Positions 24,014-36,028 of a stretch of 47,841 bases of DNA are shown here, piece after piece. The position numbers were made by a program, and so were the translations under genes. The notes beneath the pieces were generated by a model, which was not told where the DNA came from, searched no databases, and saw only the letters and a list, made by a program, of their open reading frames with translations. The DNA comes from Gonapodya sp. JEL0774 (lineage: Eukaryota). Numbering within the stretch: position 1 is the stretch's first letter; every line of letters starts with the position of its first letter. The DNA lies in NCBI GenBank assembly GCA_027604505.1, contig JADIIX010000016.1:186001-233841 (forward strand). The letters are read 5' to 3'.

Positions 24014-25466
24014 TTAGATTTTGTTGAATGCAGCAACCTGGCGGAAGTGAACCAAGCAGTTTCATCAAATCAAATGTCCAACCCAACACAACGGCCAGGC
24101 ACGATTGTCTACTCACGTCCACACTTTGTACGTGATCCTCGTCCTCCTGAATTTTCTCAGTGAGGTCATCCACACCAACCTTGTCGTCCTCGACGATGCA
24201 GGAAATCTGCAACTTCTTGATGCCGAAGCCAACAGCTACGAGCTTGGACGCACCCCACAGGAGACCGTCCATTTCGATCGCACGCACGTTTGATTCGAGT
24301 GCCTTCATGTCTGAGGGTATATTCATTCAAATCAGGAAAGAAGAAAATTGAGTGGAAGCACGGACGGCCAACCCGAGGGGACCTACGTACCTGTCTCGTC
24401 GTCCCACGGCTTAACATCAAGGACAAGAGAAGATTTCGCAATAACAGCGGTCTCTGGCGACGAATGAACATTGTGAACTTTCCGCATCATCACTCCTACA
24501 CACACACCACCCACTCGTCTTCTTCTTGTCCTCGTACTCCTTCACCCTCTGCGCTTTGATTCGCTCAGCTTCCTCGTCGACCTCATCATCGTCTCCGAAG
24601 AGATCGATTTCCTCCTCCTCCTCCTCTGGCTCCTCCTTTTTAGCGGCGGCCTTCGCGGCGGCAGGCTTAGCAGGGGAAGGAGACCTCCCAGCGGGGGCAG
24701 CGACGGGGGTAGGGCCATACGCGGATGCAGGCTTCTTGGTACCGGGGAGTCTGTATTCACGGGAACGGAGGGGGGGGGGATAAGGACTTTAGCTCACATC
24801 CAACCATGTCTCACCAAACGTAAGACAATTCAACGCCAGAACTCACGTGCTCTTGGACTCACCGAGGTGAGCTATGTGGTGGTACCACCTCCACACATGG
24901 GGGTATTTGCTGTCCTCTGGCGCTTTGCCGACCGCGGTGAACACTGCCACATCGGCCTGGGAGGGTGTCCAGCTTTAAGTCAAAATGTGACAGCGAAGGA
25001 AAAGTTAGCGAAATTGTTGGTGGTGTGGCAAAACAAAAACATTCAATGTGGCGATACCCCAACTCCATGTGAGAAAATAAGTCAGATTGCATTTTAATTG
25101 CCTTTCAAATCACTATGTGGGTGTCACCCCTCATAAACACGGACCAATTGACAAGGTTGAATCATCATATACGGGGGATGGGGCCGCCAAATGAGATGGT
25201 GAATGTTGCCAGACATTCCATTCATGTAGCCCAACTGCTCGGGAGGATGCCAGGATCACGGAGAAGAAATATTCGAGGCTTGCCGCTTCGAAAGTACTCC
25301 GAATCGCTGCTCCGAGAGGTAGTCCCCGTGGGGATTGCCAAAAAGGCAGCTCCCTGAAAACCAGGAGCAACTATGCAACCACTTACCCCTCAATGTAAGA
25401 TCTGAGCTCAAGCCATTCGTTAAGGGCGTGAAGACCGGCGGGCGCGGGAAGTTTGTCGAAGCCCAT
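24014..25466 (-). CDS. EFB1: Translation elongation factor 1-beta
   Basis: [88 protein letters not shown]. Confidence 0.96.
25080..25171 (-). ncRNA. SNR18: Box C/D snoRNA U18/snR18 in EF-1beta intron 1 (24973-25386)
   Basis: Box C ATGATGA (25168-25162). Guide TTGGTCCGTGTTT (25147-25135) is complementary to LSU rRNA AAACACGGACCAA. D' ATGA (25134-25131), C'-like GTGATTT, box D CTGA (25085-25082). Same host gene as yeast snR18. Confidence 0.9.
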
Positions 25467-25834
25467 GGCGATGGTTGGAGTTTTGAGTTTGGATCGAGTG
25501 CAAAGAGAAATTCGCGGATGGTGCTGACCTGTGCCACAATCCCCGTCGTGTTCTGGAAAGTATCCTGCCGTCCCGACTGAAACACCATTACGCATGTAAA
25601 TTGGAGTGGAATACATTGCTCTGCTTGCATCGTTGGTACATGATGAATCAGGAACAGAAATAACTGAATAGCTAAATGACTGCCGGGCATCATTGGAAAG
25701 TGCAATCTTGAGTCTTGGCCCACTTCTCTCACTTTCATCCTATGCAATACTATGTGTAGATCTCTTTGCCACAACAAATTTGAAAAAATGTTTCTCAATT
25801 CTTACTAGTAGCGAACAGACTCCCTGAGGAGAGT

Positions 25835-26860
25835 TCAATTATCATCCCCCAGCACCACCACCTCCTGGTGCTCTTTTTTCAAAGATGCCTCGCTCCCGTT
25901 CCCATCTTTGAGTGTGAGCGTGAACACATTCTTCTCGGTTGGTGACGGTAGCAGTGTGAACGTGAAGGGGAGAAAGGAAAGCGGAGAGCGGTAATTGGGG
26001 TCGCCGGCGACTTGTGTGGAGATCTGGGTGTAATAGAAGAATGGTGTGAGCACGCAAGACCATTCAACCACGTGAGAGCAGATGGAATTGAGGCCCTTCG
26101 ACTGCGTCCCGAGTCCCGCTTCGGCTCCGACTCTAAAAGCAAAGCACCCTCCCCCTTCTACAAACCATAAGCAGGAGGGGGTAATCCTGTTGAAGTCCAG
26201 GCAACCTATTGAACACGGATACGCCTTCACAGCCTCTCTTGCGTGCTTCCAAAACATCATAACCCTCCAATGGCTTTGTGTCGGCACCGTCTGGCCACCC
26301 CTCTCAGGTCGTGATCATATCTACTTCTTCGTTTCACTGCGCACAGGAAGATATACGGTTATGTCCTGCCGTGTGACATGGTAAGCTGCGATCTGTCTTG
26401 GTGATCCTGGACCTCTCCATACGGACAAAAAGCCACAGTCCCAGCATTCTCAGGTTCGAACTCACCATCGCCCGTGAAGACACCAAGGACCCGGTCCAGC
26501 CATTTTCCTCGTTTCCTGCGAGATTTTCCACCTACATCAAAGTCGAGGTTCGTATGGTAGAACCTCCCGTCAGTTCAAGTCATCGCCTTCCATGAAACGC
26601 AGCGAAAAACGCACCTGGACCGCTCCCGAGATCCCATTGATATTATCGTTCATGATGAGCGCAGTGATCGCCACCCCAAGTTCGCCAGGCTTCGGTTCTG
26701 GGTATGGCGATGGCTTGAAGGAGATTCGGGGCGCTCGTGGGATGGTCGGAACCGGCTTCACGAGGGACCAGGTTCCCAGTAAAGGGGCTGGTATTAAGGA
26801 AGAAGCCATGGCGAGCGGGAGGAGGGTGAGCACGGTCAGCAGGAGAAATGTTCGCTTCAT
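25835..26860 (-). CDS. Small secreted protein, META/HslJ-like domain (tentative)
   Basis: Signal peptide MKRTFLLLTVLTLLPLAMA. LLGTWSLV..PRISF..N.INGISG..MISTQVAG..FTLTLKD resembles the META pattern. Exons 26860-26615, 26531-26466 and 26023-25835, all phase 0. Confidence 0.5.
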
Positions 26861-27060
26861 GTGTGTGAGTGTGAAGGGACGGTCAAGTGGTTCTGTTTGT
26901 GTCTTGCACGCGTAAATGGGGAGTGGCCTGCACATTGTGTCATCCATCACAGTCATTCCACCGCATCTCTTTCCTCGAAATCTTCAGATGATAGTATTAA
27001 TCCATGTGTCATCATGTGTCATGAGATCTACATAAGAGTTCCAATGTCTAAAAAACCCTG

Positions 27061-28278
27061 CTAAGCCTCCCCGTCACCATTCTTGCCGAAAATGTCGAGC
27101 TTTTCGCCTGTTCTCGCAGAGGTTGGAACGATCGGCAGCAGCGCTAATGCCACGAAGCGGCCTTCTGTAAGGAGAACGTTGTAGGTGGAGGAGGCAGTGC
27201 GCTGGTAGTGAGGGCGTAGAAGAGAAGACAGGTGAGCAATGAAGAACCTCGGCGAGACGGGTAGCGAGAGCAAGTAGTGCCAGAAGCGTACTAACAGTCT
27301 TCTGCACTTCGCATTGAATACCGAGTCCGTGCAGGTGCCGGCGAAGGAGGTTCGGTAACGGAACAAACTGAGCACCAGTGCCGAAAACAAGTATTTCTAT
27401 GGGGAGCACATGGGTGCCAGTGCCGAGAATAAGTGATTTTGTAAGAAACAGAAACATACTCCAGGTCAGATGAACAGCAGATATCTGATTGGGTTGGTCA
27501 GCAGATTGGTAGTCTGCCACATTTGCCTTGAGAAATCCTACGTTCCTAGTTGTCACGCCATCAAGCACAGTTTCAAAGCTTGTGCGATGCAGTGTGATTT
27601 CAAGTGGCAGATCGCCAGTCCTTCAATCTCGGACTGCGGATTTTTCCGGCAGAGTGGTACCCATCCATCGTTGTGACGGATCGCCATGGGCTCGCCCGGT
27701 CACGTCTGTTCTCATTTCAACGCACCGGGTGGTTGCTCCAGAACCTCAAACACTTTGAACGCGTCCGTTGACCACCCGTCGAATAACCCTCCAGTGCCTG
27801 GAACAAGAGAGTCCCGCCCAGAGCTTGCCCCGCGAGCTTCAGCTCCCTCTTCGGTAACAGGACCTCCTTTGCCATATTGTGGCACATTCCACATTAAGAC
27901 CTTCCCATTGACAGAGATGACCGGTCCCTTGTATAGCACGCCGTTGATGACGGCCCCGTCGTCGGTAAGACGATCCACAGATACGCCAAGAGAGGCATCG
28001 GGACGAGCAGAGCTGAAAATATCAAAAGAGGAAATGGAGGGACGATCCGCAGATTGAACCTGCTTGACAGATGAAGTGAATGCACGAGGTCTCGGATGGA
28101 GCGGGTGTCGGTAAAGACCGGCAGTTTCAGAAGTGGAAGCCGAAGAAAATGATTTGTAGAGGCGACCAGTGAGACTTTGAGATAATGTGTACCGAAGGCG
28201 ATTGGATTCATTAGATCCAAAGTGAACTGTGGGATGGTGAATCGAACGTGGAGCCCAGCTAGATTTTAAACCAAACAT
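27061..28278 (-). CDS. NDUFAF3: Mitochondrial complex I assembly factor NDUFAF3 (Mth938-like)
   Basis: R/S-rich presequence. GAVINGVLYKGPV..LMWNV, FKVFEVLEQPP|EILVFGTG, LGIQCEVQKT|RTASSTYNVLLTEGRFVALALLP. Confidence 0.88.
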
Positions 28279-28670
28279 GGATCCACAGCCTCGCTCGCAG
28301 ACTAATCGAATGTCGAATACGCTGGGGTGAACACGGTGTTGGGTCATGGTGTTATTCTGTTCACGGCAGTGACCTGTGACAAGCCGTCTGCCATCACGGC
28401 ATGCGCAGCGAAAATCACTGTGTATGAATAACCCGACAACACTCAGTTCCGTTTCTTCATAGATCATCATTATGCCGCCGTAAGTACATGGTTGAATATT
28501 AATAACAAGTGGATCACTTGCTCACACAGGCTGTTCTTACTGGCCCCCTTGCATGAATCGATGAATTCACGCAGGCGGAATGGTTATATTTCCCCCGCAA
28601 GCGAAGGTCCGCCCGCACCCATACATATATAAAATAAACTTTCAGGAGTTTGGTCATTCACAAAACACCA

Positions 28671-30551
28671 ATGTCTCTACTCCCATACCGTCGGTCGGAA
28701 ATCCCTGATCTCATCGCCTGGTACGCTTGTACTGTGTCACAATGTCCAACGCGATGCGCTCAAGTCTTTGTGACATCAATTTCAACATCACTCTGGGAAT
28801 CCGCCATCCTTGACAGGGGCAAGTTCATTTTCTGGAGCCCTTACTATTCCTTACTCAATTTGTGGCTTAAATGGAAGACGATGCCCAGAATCTGGAGCCC
28901 CAAAGGCAAGGTGTGTCAGACTTCTTCCTACGGAAGAGTATTTGAACCGATTTTAACCCTCCAAATTCCTTCTCCCCACCACCAATATTTCCCTGCTGCT
29001 GACAGGTCTGTGTTATCACGGGATGCAGTGCAGGTCTCGGGTCAGTTCAGAAAGAGTCACCACACACTGCCCTTCACACATGAATCGTCATACACGTCAC
29101 GCACCCAACTCTCAATTTCACAGAGAAGCCCTTGCCAAATTATGGGCGTCAAAAGGTGCTCACCTTGTAATTTGTGCACGCCGCCTCGAGCCGCTGGAGA
29201 CTGTTGCGAAAGAGTGTGAAGTTCTTGGTGCGGCATCTGTCACAATCTTAAAGGTGGATGTATGTGTCGAGGCAGACTGTGCGAACCTTGCAAAAGTGGC
29301 AGGGGAAAAGGTGAGGACATCGTTGTTGCGCAAGAAACGTGACGCCATAGATCCAGCAGTGATTCCGCTCCGCTAGTTCGGACGGATCGACTGCCTCGTA
29401 CTTAACGCGTAAGTGTATTGCTGGGTCTGAGCAATGTGTGCGCGTGTTTCTTAAAATTTGCGACCTTGTGACGACCTTCCTGCCAGTGGTATTTCCCTGG
29501 GAGACACGCTCGAGAATCTCCCCTTAAGTGCCATTCACGCGGTGACAAATACAAATGTGAGTCGTTTTTGTCTGTCTGCGCTATTCCATATGGAGTGTCA
29601 CCTTCGTGCGTTTATCTCGACGACCTTTGTGAACGAAAGTACACTGGGTAAGTCTTCGAGTACGATTGTAGTTTTCTGTATTTTTGATCTTTTAAGGATC
29701 GTGATATCATGTTGTATCTAGTGCCGGTGAGCGTGATTCGTCATGGATATTCGAGTTACAATGAGTTTCTTCGTCCGGTCTGTTCCACAGTCGATTGCAC
29801 CTACTACGCGCTCCCTTATTTGAAGAAATCCACACAACCGAAAATTGTACCAATCTCTTCTTTGGGTGGTCTCGCTGGTTCACCCACTCGAACTGGGTAC
29901 TCTGCAACAAAGTTTGCCCTCAAGGTTGGTAGGAGAGGTGACTGTCCCTGGAGTACGATTCGTTTTTAGAAAGCGTTTCTCGAAAATAGGGCTTCTATGA
30001 CGCGTTGAGGAATGAGTACCCTGGCTTCCTCGAGGTCAGCATTATTTATCCCGGCGTAGTCAAGACAGGTGAATACTTTCGCTCTAAATGCTTTGCTCGA
30101 GCCCATGTGCCGTCATTCCTGAATTTTTGTATCTCCCTTATGGTTAGACCTTAATCGCACTCGAATTGGTGGGAAGGATCTCAGTTGGAAAGGTGCCATG
30201 AGTGCCGAAGCTGCAGTTGGTTTGATTGACACAGCAGTAAGGGATGGAAAGTTGGAAGAGGTGAGCCTCTATTTGCGGAGGTTTTAGTGGAAACAAGAAT
30301 TTTCCGTATTGAGTGCGCTCACGTTGTGATGGCGCGTAGGTGTTCACGGACGCAGGCAAGACGACGTATTGGATACGTGACTGGTTCCCATATCTTCGAA
30401 ACCAAATAATCGTCGAAAAGTTCCAAGTGAGTCATATCAAATGTCCGTGACCTTGGCACCAGCGGCAGCACTAACTTGTGTAATTCTGTCCGTTCAGCGC
30501 GTTATGGTTGAAAAGGGAGCTGAAGGCACAGAAGGCAAGAAATACTCGTAA
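28671..30551 (+). CDS. Classical short-chain dehydrogenase/reductase (11beta-HSD1/DHRS7B-like)
   Basis: VITGCSAGLG (TGxxxGxG), ICARR, IDCLVLNA|GIS, ISSLGG, YSATK (YxxxK), IYPGVVKT. Many short introns; stop TAA 30549-30551. Confidence 0.88.
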
Positions 30552-30697
30552 AAGGGCAAACTCCTGTAATATTGTCGCAATTGAAGTGCTTTGGCTTATG
30601 AGGTTCCATTTAAAGCAAATGAACGTGGAGCTTTGTGCTCGAGTTCCGTCCAGTGTCACTAAAGGGCAATCGTCTTGTCGGTACGAACCAATCCCCA

Positions 30698-33006
30698 ATG
30701 GCAACGTCCGCCGATCGCATGATAGAACTCCACTTAAGCGCTCCATCGCCGCCCCCAGTGATTTCGCTGACGCGAACAGAGGCTAATCCAGAGCTCAAAA
30801 TCGCGAAACATCCTAATCCCATCGGTTCGCTCCCAGACCTCCCCAGTCCTTCGCTCAAAATTACCAGTGTGGACGGTGTTAAAACAGTACCGAAACACCC
30901 TCCCTCAAAATACGACGATGTTGCGATACTAGAGGGCGAGGAGGGTGTTGTCGTGTGGCAAATGGAGACTCAAGACAAGGCAACGTGTCTGTGCGGTTGC
31001 GCGGACCCTAAAAACTTCACCGTGGATGCTTGCCTGCGCCAATTGAAAGAGTACGGGATGCATGTGACTTTACCGGCGCCTCCACCCGGAGCAGTGGATG
31101 CCCGTCCAATCGCCGAAAATGACGTAGGGCATCATTCGGGCAGTAAGACTTTAAACTCACACGGGTATGTCCAAGGGTGAGTTGTTGATTGTAACATGAA
31201 ATATGTTCGCTCCACATCAGTTTGATTGACTGACTGCTGTTGTTCTTGCCCTACGCTAACAATCGGGCAGGACGGGCACCATGAAGGCTCTCCTTGTTGG
31301 TATCAATTACTTCAATACAGATATTGAACTGTTAGGAAAGTTGATTTGTTGCCTCAAACCCGAACACACTTTCACTAATCTTATGCCTCTGTTCATTGTT
31401 GTTAACTCCAGGTTGCATTGACGATGTCGGAAATATGTATAATCATTTGATCAAAAAGTACCGATGTGAGGACAAGGTATGCTTTGGCAACCAATCGAAC
31501 TCGGATACTCATAGTAACTTCCCAACTTTCTCATACTCGCAGAATATTTGGATGCTCACCGACGACCTCGAAGACGAGAAATACAGACCGACCTACGCCA
31601 ATATGATCAGTGCTTTCAAATGGCTTATTGAAGGCGCGCAACCGGGCGATTCGCTATTCTTCCACTTTTCGGGTGCGCAGCGGTTGCCGTCATAATGTGT
31701 CCGGCTTAATCCTAACACAATGAAATTCGGAAGGTCACGGCGGGTCACTTGAGGACAGTAATGGAGACGAAGTAGATGGTCGAGATGAAACAATTATGCC
31801 CGTGGTGAGTTTATACTCTTGAGTCCTTGGAGAATGGTGGACCAATAGTTCATCTCACGCAGGATTTTGAAACGGCGGGACATATTGTTGACGACGAGAT
31901 CTACGAACTTCTCGTTCGTCCGCTACCCCGTGGTGTCCAACTGACCGTGGTCTTTGATTCGTGTCACTCTGGTACTGCAATGGACCTCCCATTTTCCTAC
32001 GCTCCCCGGCGCTTCCCGCACCGCTCACGATTCATCCGCCGAATCACCGAGATAAATACGTTCAGAAACGCAATCAAATCAGATCTTGAGAAGGGTTTAG
32101 TTGAAGAAAAGGACCTCCCAGATGGTCTGCGATTGGAGGACTTTGATCTCAGTGGGGATGACGTGCGACGACCTCCGTCTCGACCGACTTCAGCTGCCTC
32201 CACCTACTCCGCGGCCTCCGAAGCAGATGGTGATCATTACATAGAGAAGAAGGCATCAGTGGTTGGCGTTTCTGTTGCTCCCCTTTCCTCGCCAAGTTTG
32301 GAAGTCGAAAATGACCTCCTGCGACGGGGACGCAAGTCGCTTCCAGACATCTCCGCAATCACATCACCCGCCCGCTCATTCACCGGCGATCAGAACAGTC
32401 TTACTATCGGAGCCTACGAGACTACTGGAAGCCAATTGCGTTCAAATTCAGGTGCTCCTCCAAAACGAGTCAAAATCCGAAAATTTCGACCACAACCCGG
32501 AGACGTAGCTGAAACTGTGAGGACTAAACTTTGGCCAGGGTGCTCGACTGGTGCATCAGAGGGACTGGTACTGCAGTTTGCAAGCTGCAGAGATTTTGAG
32601 ACAGCAGCAGATGCTTATATTGCAGGTGAATGGTACCGACGGTTGCTTTCCACTAACTTTTAAGAATCATTTAAGTACGTACACATGTCGCCTCCGCAGG
32701 TAAAGGCCAATTTGGTGCCATGACATGGGCATTTGTCCAAGGTAAGTTTAGACTTAATCAGAAGAGACAGTCAAAGTCGGCGACTGAATTTCTGCTCCGG
32801 GCTAGTGATGGAGCGTCTCCATCGTCCAACCGTTGGTCAGCTTCTGTTTCACATTCGAGACTTATTGGCAGAGCAGTACACACAGAAGCCGCAGTTAAGC
32901 TCTGTTCGTAATTTCCTGTGCACAACTTTTGCATGAAACTGACATGGAGTTATTTTACTTCACTTAGTCGTGCCAAATTGATATGGACATGCCCTTCTCG
33001 CTGTAA
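30698..33006 (+). CDS. MCA1: Type I metacaspase (caspase-like Cys protease, C14B)
   Basis: KALLVGINY, GCIDDV, PTYANM, AQPGDSLFFHFSG|HG (catalytic His), DEVDGRDETI, VFDSCHSGT (catalytic Cys), SCRDFETAAD, GAMTWAF, QKPQLS. Confidence 0.92.
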
Positions 33007-33459
33007 AGCACTTTGCTATCACAGTGCAGGAGGAATCGACTGTAAATATTAATTAAATGCAGTTTCGTATCTTTGCGTGGCAAAGTCAACTATTTGTGCG
33101 ATATGACGTGGAGGATCATCAGGTCGTCGTAGTTTGACCCCGTGTCTCCGTTGAAGAACTCGTTGGCCCTGAGAACACCTCGATTCTTTGCAACAACAGC
33201 TTAGTATTCGTCAAAATGTCATGTCAATTGTTAACGATTCACGTACCAACTACGAGATGTCCATTTGGCGGGAAGCACCCCGAAGTATTCGGGCTATGTG
33301 CTTCATGCATGGATGGTGGGTTCTAAACCAGGAGTGCCGGCTAGGCTTCTTCAGGCTGATAACTGCTACAAAATAAACTACTGATATGTCGGCTAGCAAC
33401 AATTACCCGATCAGCACGTCTCTCGTCACCAGTGAAATCATCACCATCACATAACTGCC

Positions 33460-36028
33460 ATGTCGCAAGCATCGCAATCGCTGCTTCCTGTAGCCAATCC
33501 GCCACCCTCCTCGTCTGCGAGTTCGCTTGCCAGTCTCCTACACTTTCTGAAAACTCCACTAGATGAGATTTTGGCCCTGAACGATGGATCTCTGGCTCCG
33601 GTTGAGGCCAAAAAGAGGTTTCAGAGACTCATCAGGGCTGCGGCAGGAATCGGGGGTGGTATGAAAACTGGCGGATGTTCCTACAAAACGGCTTCCAATT
33701 CCGGATTCCTTTTTCAGTTCCCTCCATACCAGCATATCGCCAACTTCTTCTTTCAAGCTACTCTCTATCTGCTGGATTGGAGCCTGATTCTGATCTCAAT
33801 CTTGAACATGAACTCGAAAAGCCCTTCGAAGAACTTATGCTTACTCTACCGATTGTCGACAAGAAGAATTACATCAACATATTTTCTGGAGAGGAAAGAT
33901 GTTTTTATGGGGGTGAGAATCTCGTGCGAGCGAGGCCAGCCGACTATTATGCACGTAACGCCGCCTGTTCTTTATCTGCAGGCTGTCTTGCCGATTTCAT
34001 TCACCTTTCTTCTGGCTCCAGTGGTGTTCCGACCGTTTGGCAAAGATCTGTCAACGATGAGCTTACTGTTGCGTCGCGATTCGAGCAGATTCTGAGTGAC
34101 GGGTTCGGTTGTTACCCAGGCCGAAATGGAAAGAGAACTTTGTGCGTAATCGGCCTGCCGATGGGGTCATGGGGTGGGTCTTGTTTTGTTTTTGCAAACC
34201 ACCGGTTTGGCGTGAAGGGAAGCTTCTGTGCAATGGTCCACCTGTTTTCCACGTCTCTGTTGCTTCCCCGAGACACAGTGGGAGGGCTTTTCACGACAAT
34301 GTGCCTCCGCCACCTTTCACTGAAGGGTTACCCACTTTCATTGCTCACTCCGGGCAACGACCCATTGGAGATTATCAGGTGTTGCGAGCGGACAGCTAGT
34401 GATTTCGAGCAGCTGGTGATCGTAGGGTACGTTTTGTCTCGCGTGATGGGCTGTGCAGGTTTCATTCACTATTTCTTTCAGCTATCCACCTTTCATAAAG
34501 ACTGTGATTGACCTTCACAACCACAGGCGCGGTCTGGGATTATCCACTCTCGACTTACGGAACCACAAACCCAAGTTTATATTTGCGGGAGAGGTTTTCA
34601 GCGAGAGCTGGAGAGAGATGGTGGGGGAGAGGAGGTAAGAGCTGTCTCGAGTATAGACCCGACCTTGGTGTGTCGCCCATTTCGCCTGTGTCTTGCAGTG
34701 GCACAGAGGACATAACAACAGATATGTGAGCATTGATATCGACTTCGTATCGCGTTTTCCACATGGCAGCCAATGCATTTTCCGTCTCACTAACCCGTCA
34801 TTAGTGTTAGCATTTACGGTACTGCAGATGCCGGAGTCCTCGCCTGCGAAACGCCTTTAAGTGTTACTATCCGGCGATGGCTTTGTGAGTTCTCGTCATC
34901 TCAAACCACCCACCTTGAATAACTCAATCAGCTACCGAGTCTGAGCACCTTCATATTTCACATCCTGTACTGACAGCTCAGCATCCATCGCTCTCCAGAG
35001 CAATGTTTGGCAAGTCCCGACTTCCTTCTTTCTTCCAATATGACGCATGCACGCGTCTTATGGAGCTCACTCCCCCCGCTTCCCAAACACGACACCTTCT
35101 CCCTCACGCGTCCACTGCGGCATATCAGTCTGATAGCGGGCTTACAGCGATCCGAGATGAAGAGAATAGAACTTTGTGTTTTACTACTCTTCCGTCGACG
35201 TATGGGGATCCCGCCAAGGGAGAATGGTCAGAAGGGCTGATTGCCCCGTTGGTGCGTTGTGGACGAGTTTGTTTTTCTGTCCATCGAGACATTGTTCATG
35301 ACATTTGGATATCTTGCATCGAACCACGCACAGATCCGCTACAATATTTTTGATGCTGGTGGCGTCTTATCCTTTGACGACGTGCTCGCGTTTTGTCGAA
35401 GCAATGGCTTTGATCCCTTGATGCATCTTCCAGAAAGTCACCGGAGAGTGCGGAAGATGCCGTTTTGTTTTGTATTCGGGTGAAGTTCTTTTGAGTTCGG
35501 ACTCGATCCTCAAATTACTGAAAAGCTAATATTTTTTACAGCCGGTCAATGTGGACAGTTTCTCTCTATGGAGCGAATGTGTTTGTGGAGAACATTATGG
35601 TGAGGAAAATTTTGTGTGTTGTCCATCTCTGCCGGCGGCGATGAACAACTTGTTGTTCATCATTTCAAAGGTAGGATTAGAGACGAAGGAAGTGAAGGAC
35701 GGGGTTACTGGTAAATTTGTTCTTCTCACGTCCGAGGATGAAAAACAGGACGTCGTACTCAAGATTATTGGTGAGTTCGGATGAGCTCGCTCACATATAG
35801 GTTCTTTCACCAACTACGGAAAAAGTTGAACTCCCTCCTTCGCGAAATCCTACTCCCGAGTTTGCATCAATTATTTCCACCAGTGTTCTCGAAAACTTGG
35901 TCCGGATTAACTCTGAATTTGCACACTATGTCCCAAGGGACAAACAGACAATTCTTGTCGAGCTGCGACCATTTGGTGACAAAGAATGGTTCCCCGTGGG
36001 CGTAAAGCACAAGTATACAGTCGGATGA
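33460..36028 (+). CDS. Phenylacetate-CoA ligase (PaaK/F390 synthetase)-like adenylate-forming enzyme, bacterial type, with spliceosomal introns
   Basis: PAYRQ, LPIVDKKNY, HLSSGSSGVPTVW, GYPPFIK, FAGEVFSE, YGTADAG, RYNIFDAGG, FGRS..SLYGANVF.ENI, LNSEFAHYVP, FPVGVKHKYT. Stop TGA 36026-36028. Confidence 0.85.

Noticed and set aside
24841..24862. Two tandem GTGAGT donors in EF-1beta
   Set aside because: The first is coding (LGESKST). Only the second gives the in-frame TLPGTKK junction.
3401..36028. Biosynthetic gene cluster (EthD, 2OG oxygenase, SDR, CoA ligase)
   Set aside because: These genes are scattered among housekeeping genes over 30 kb and no backbone synthase is present.
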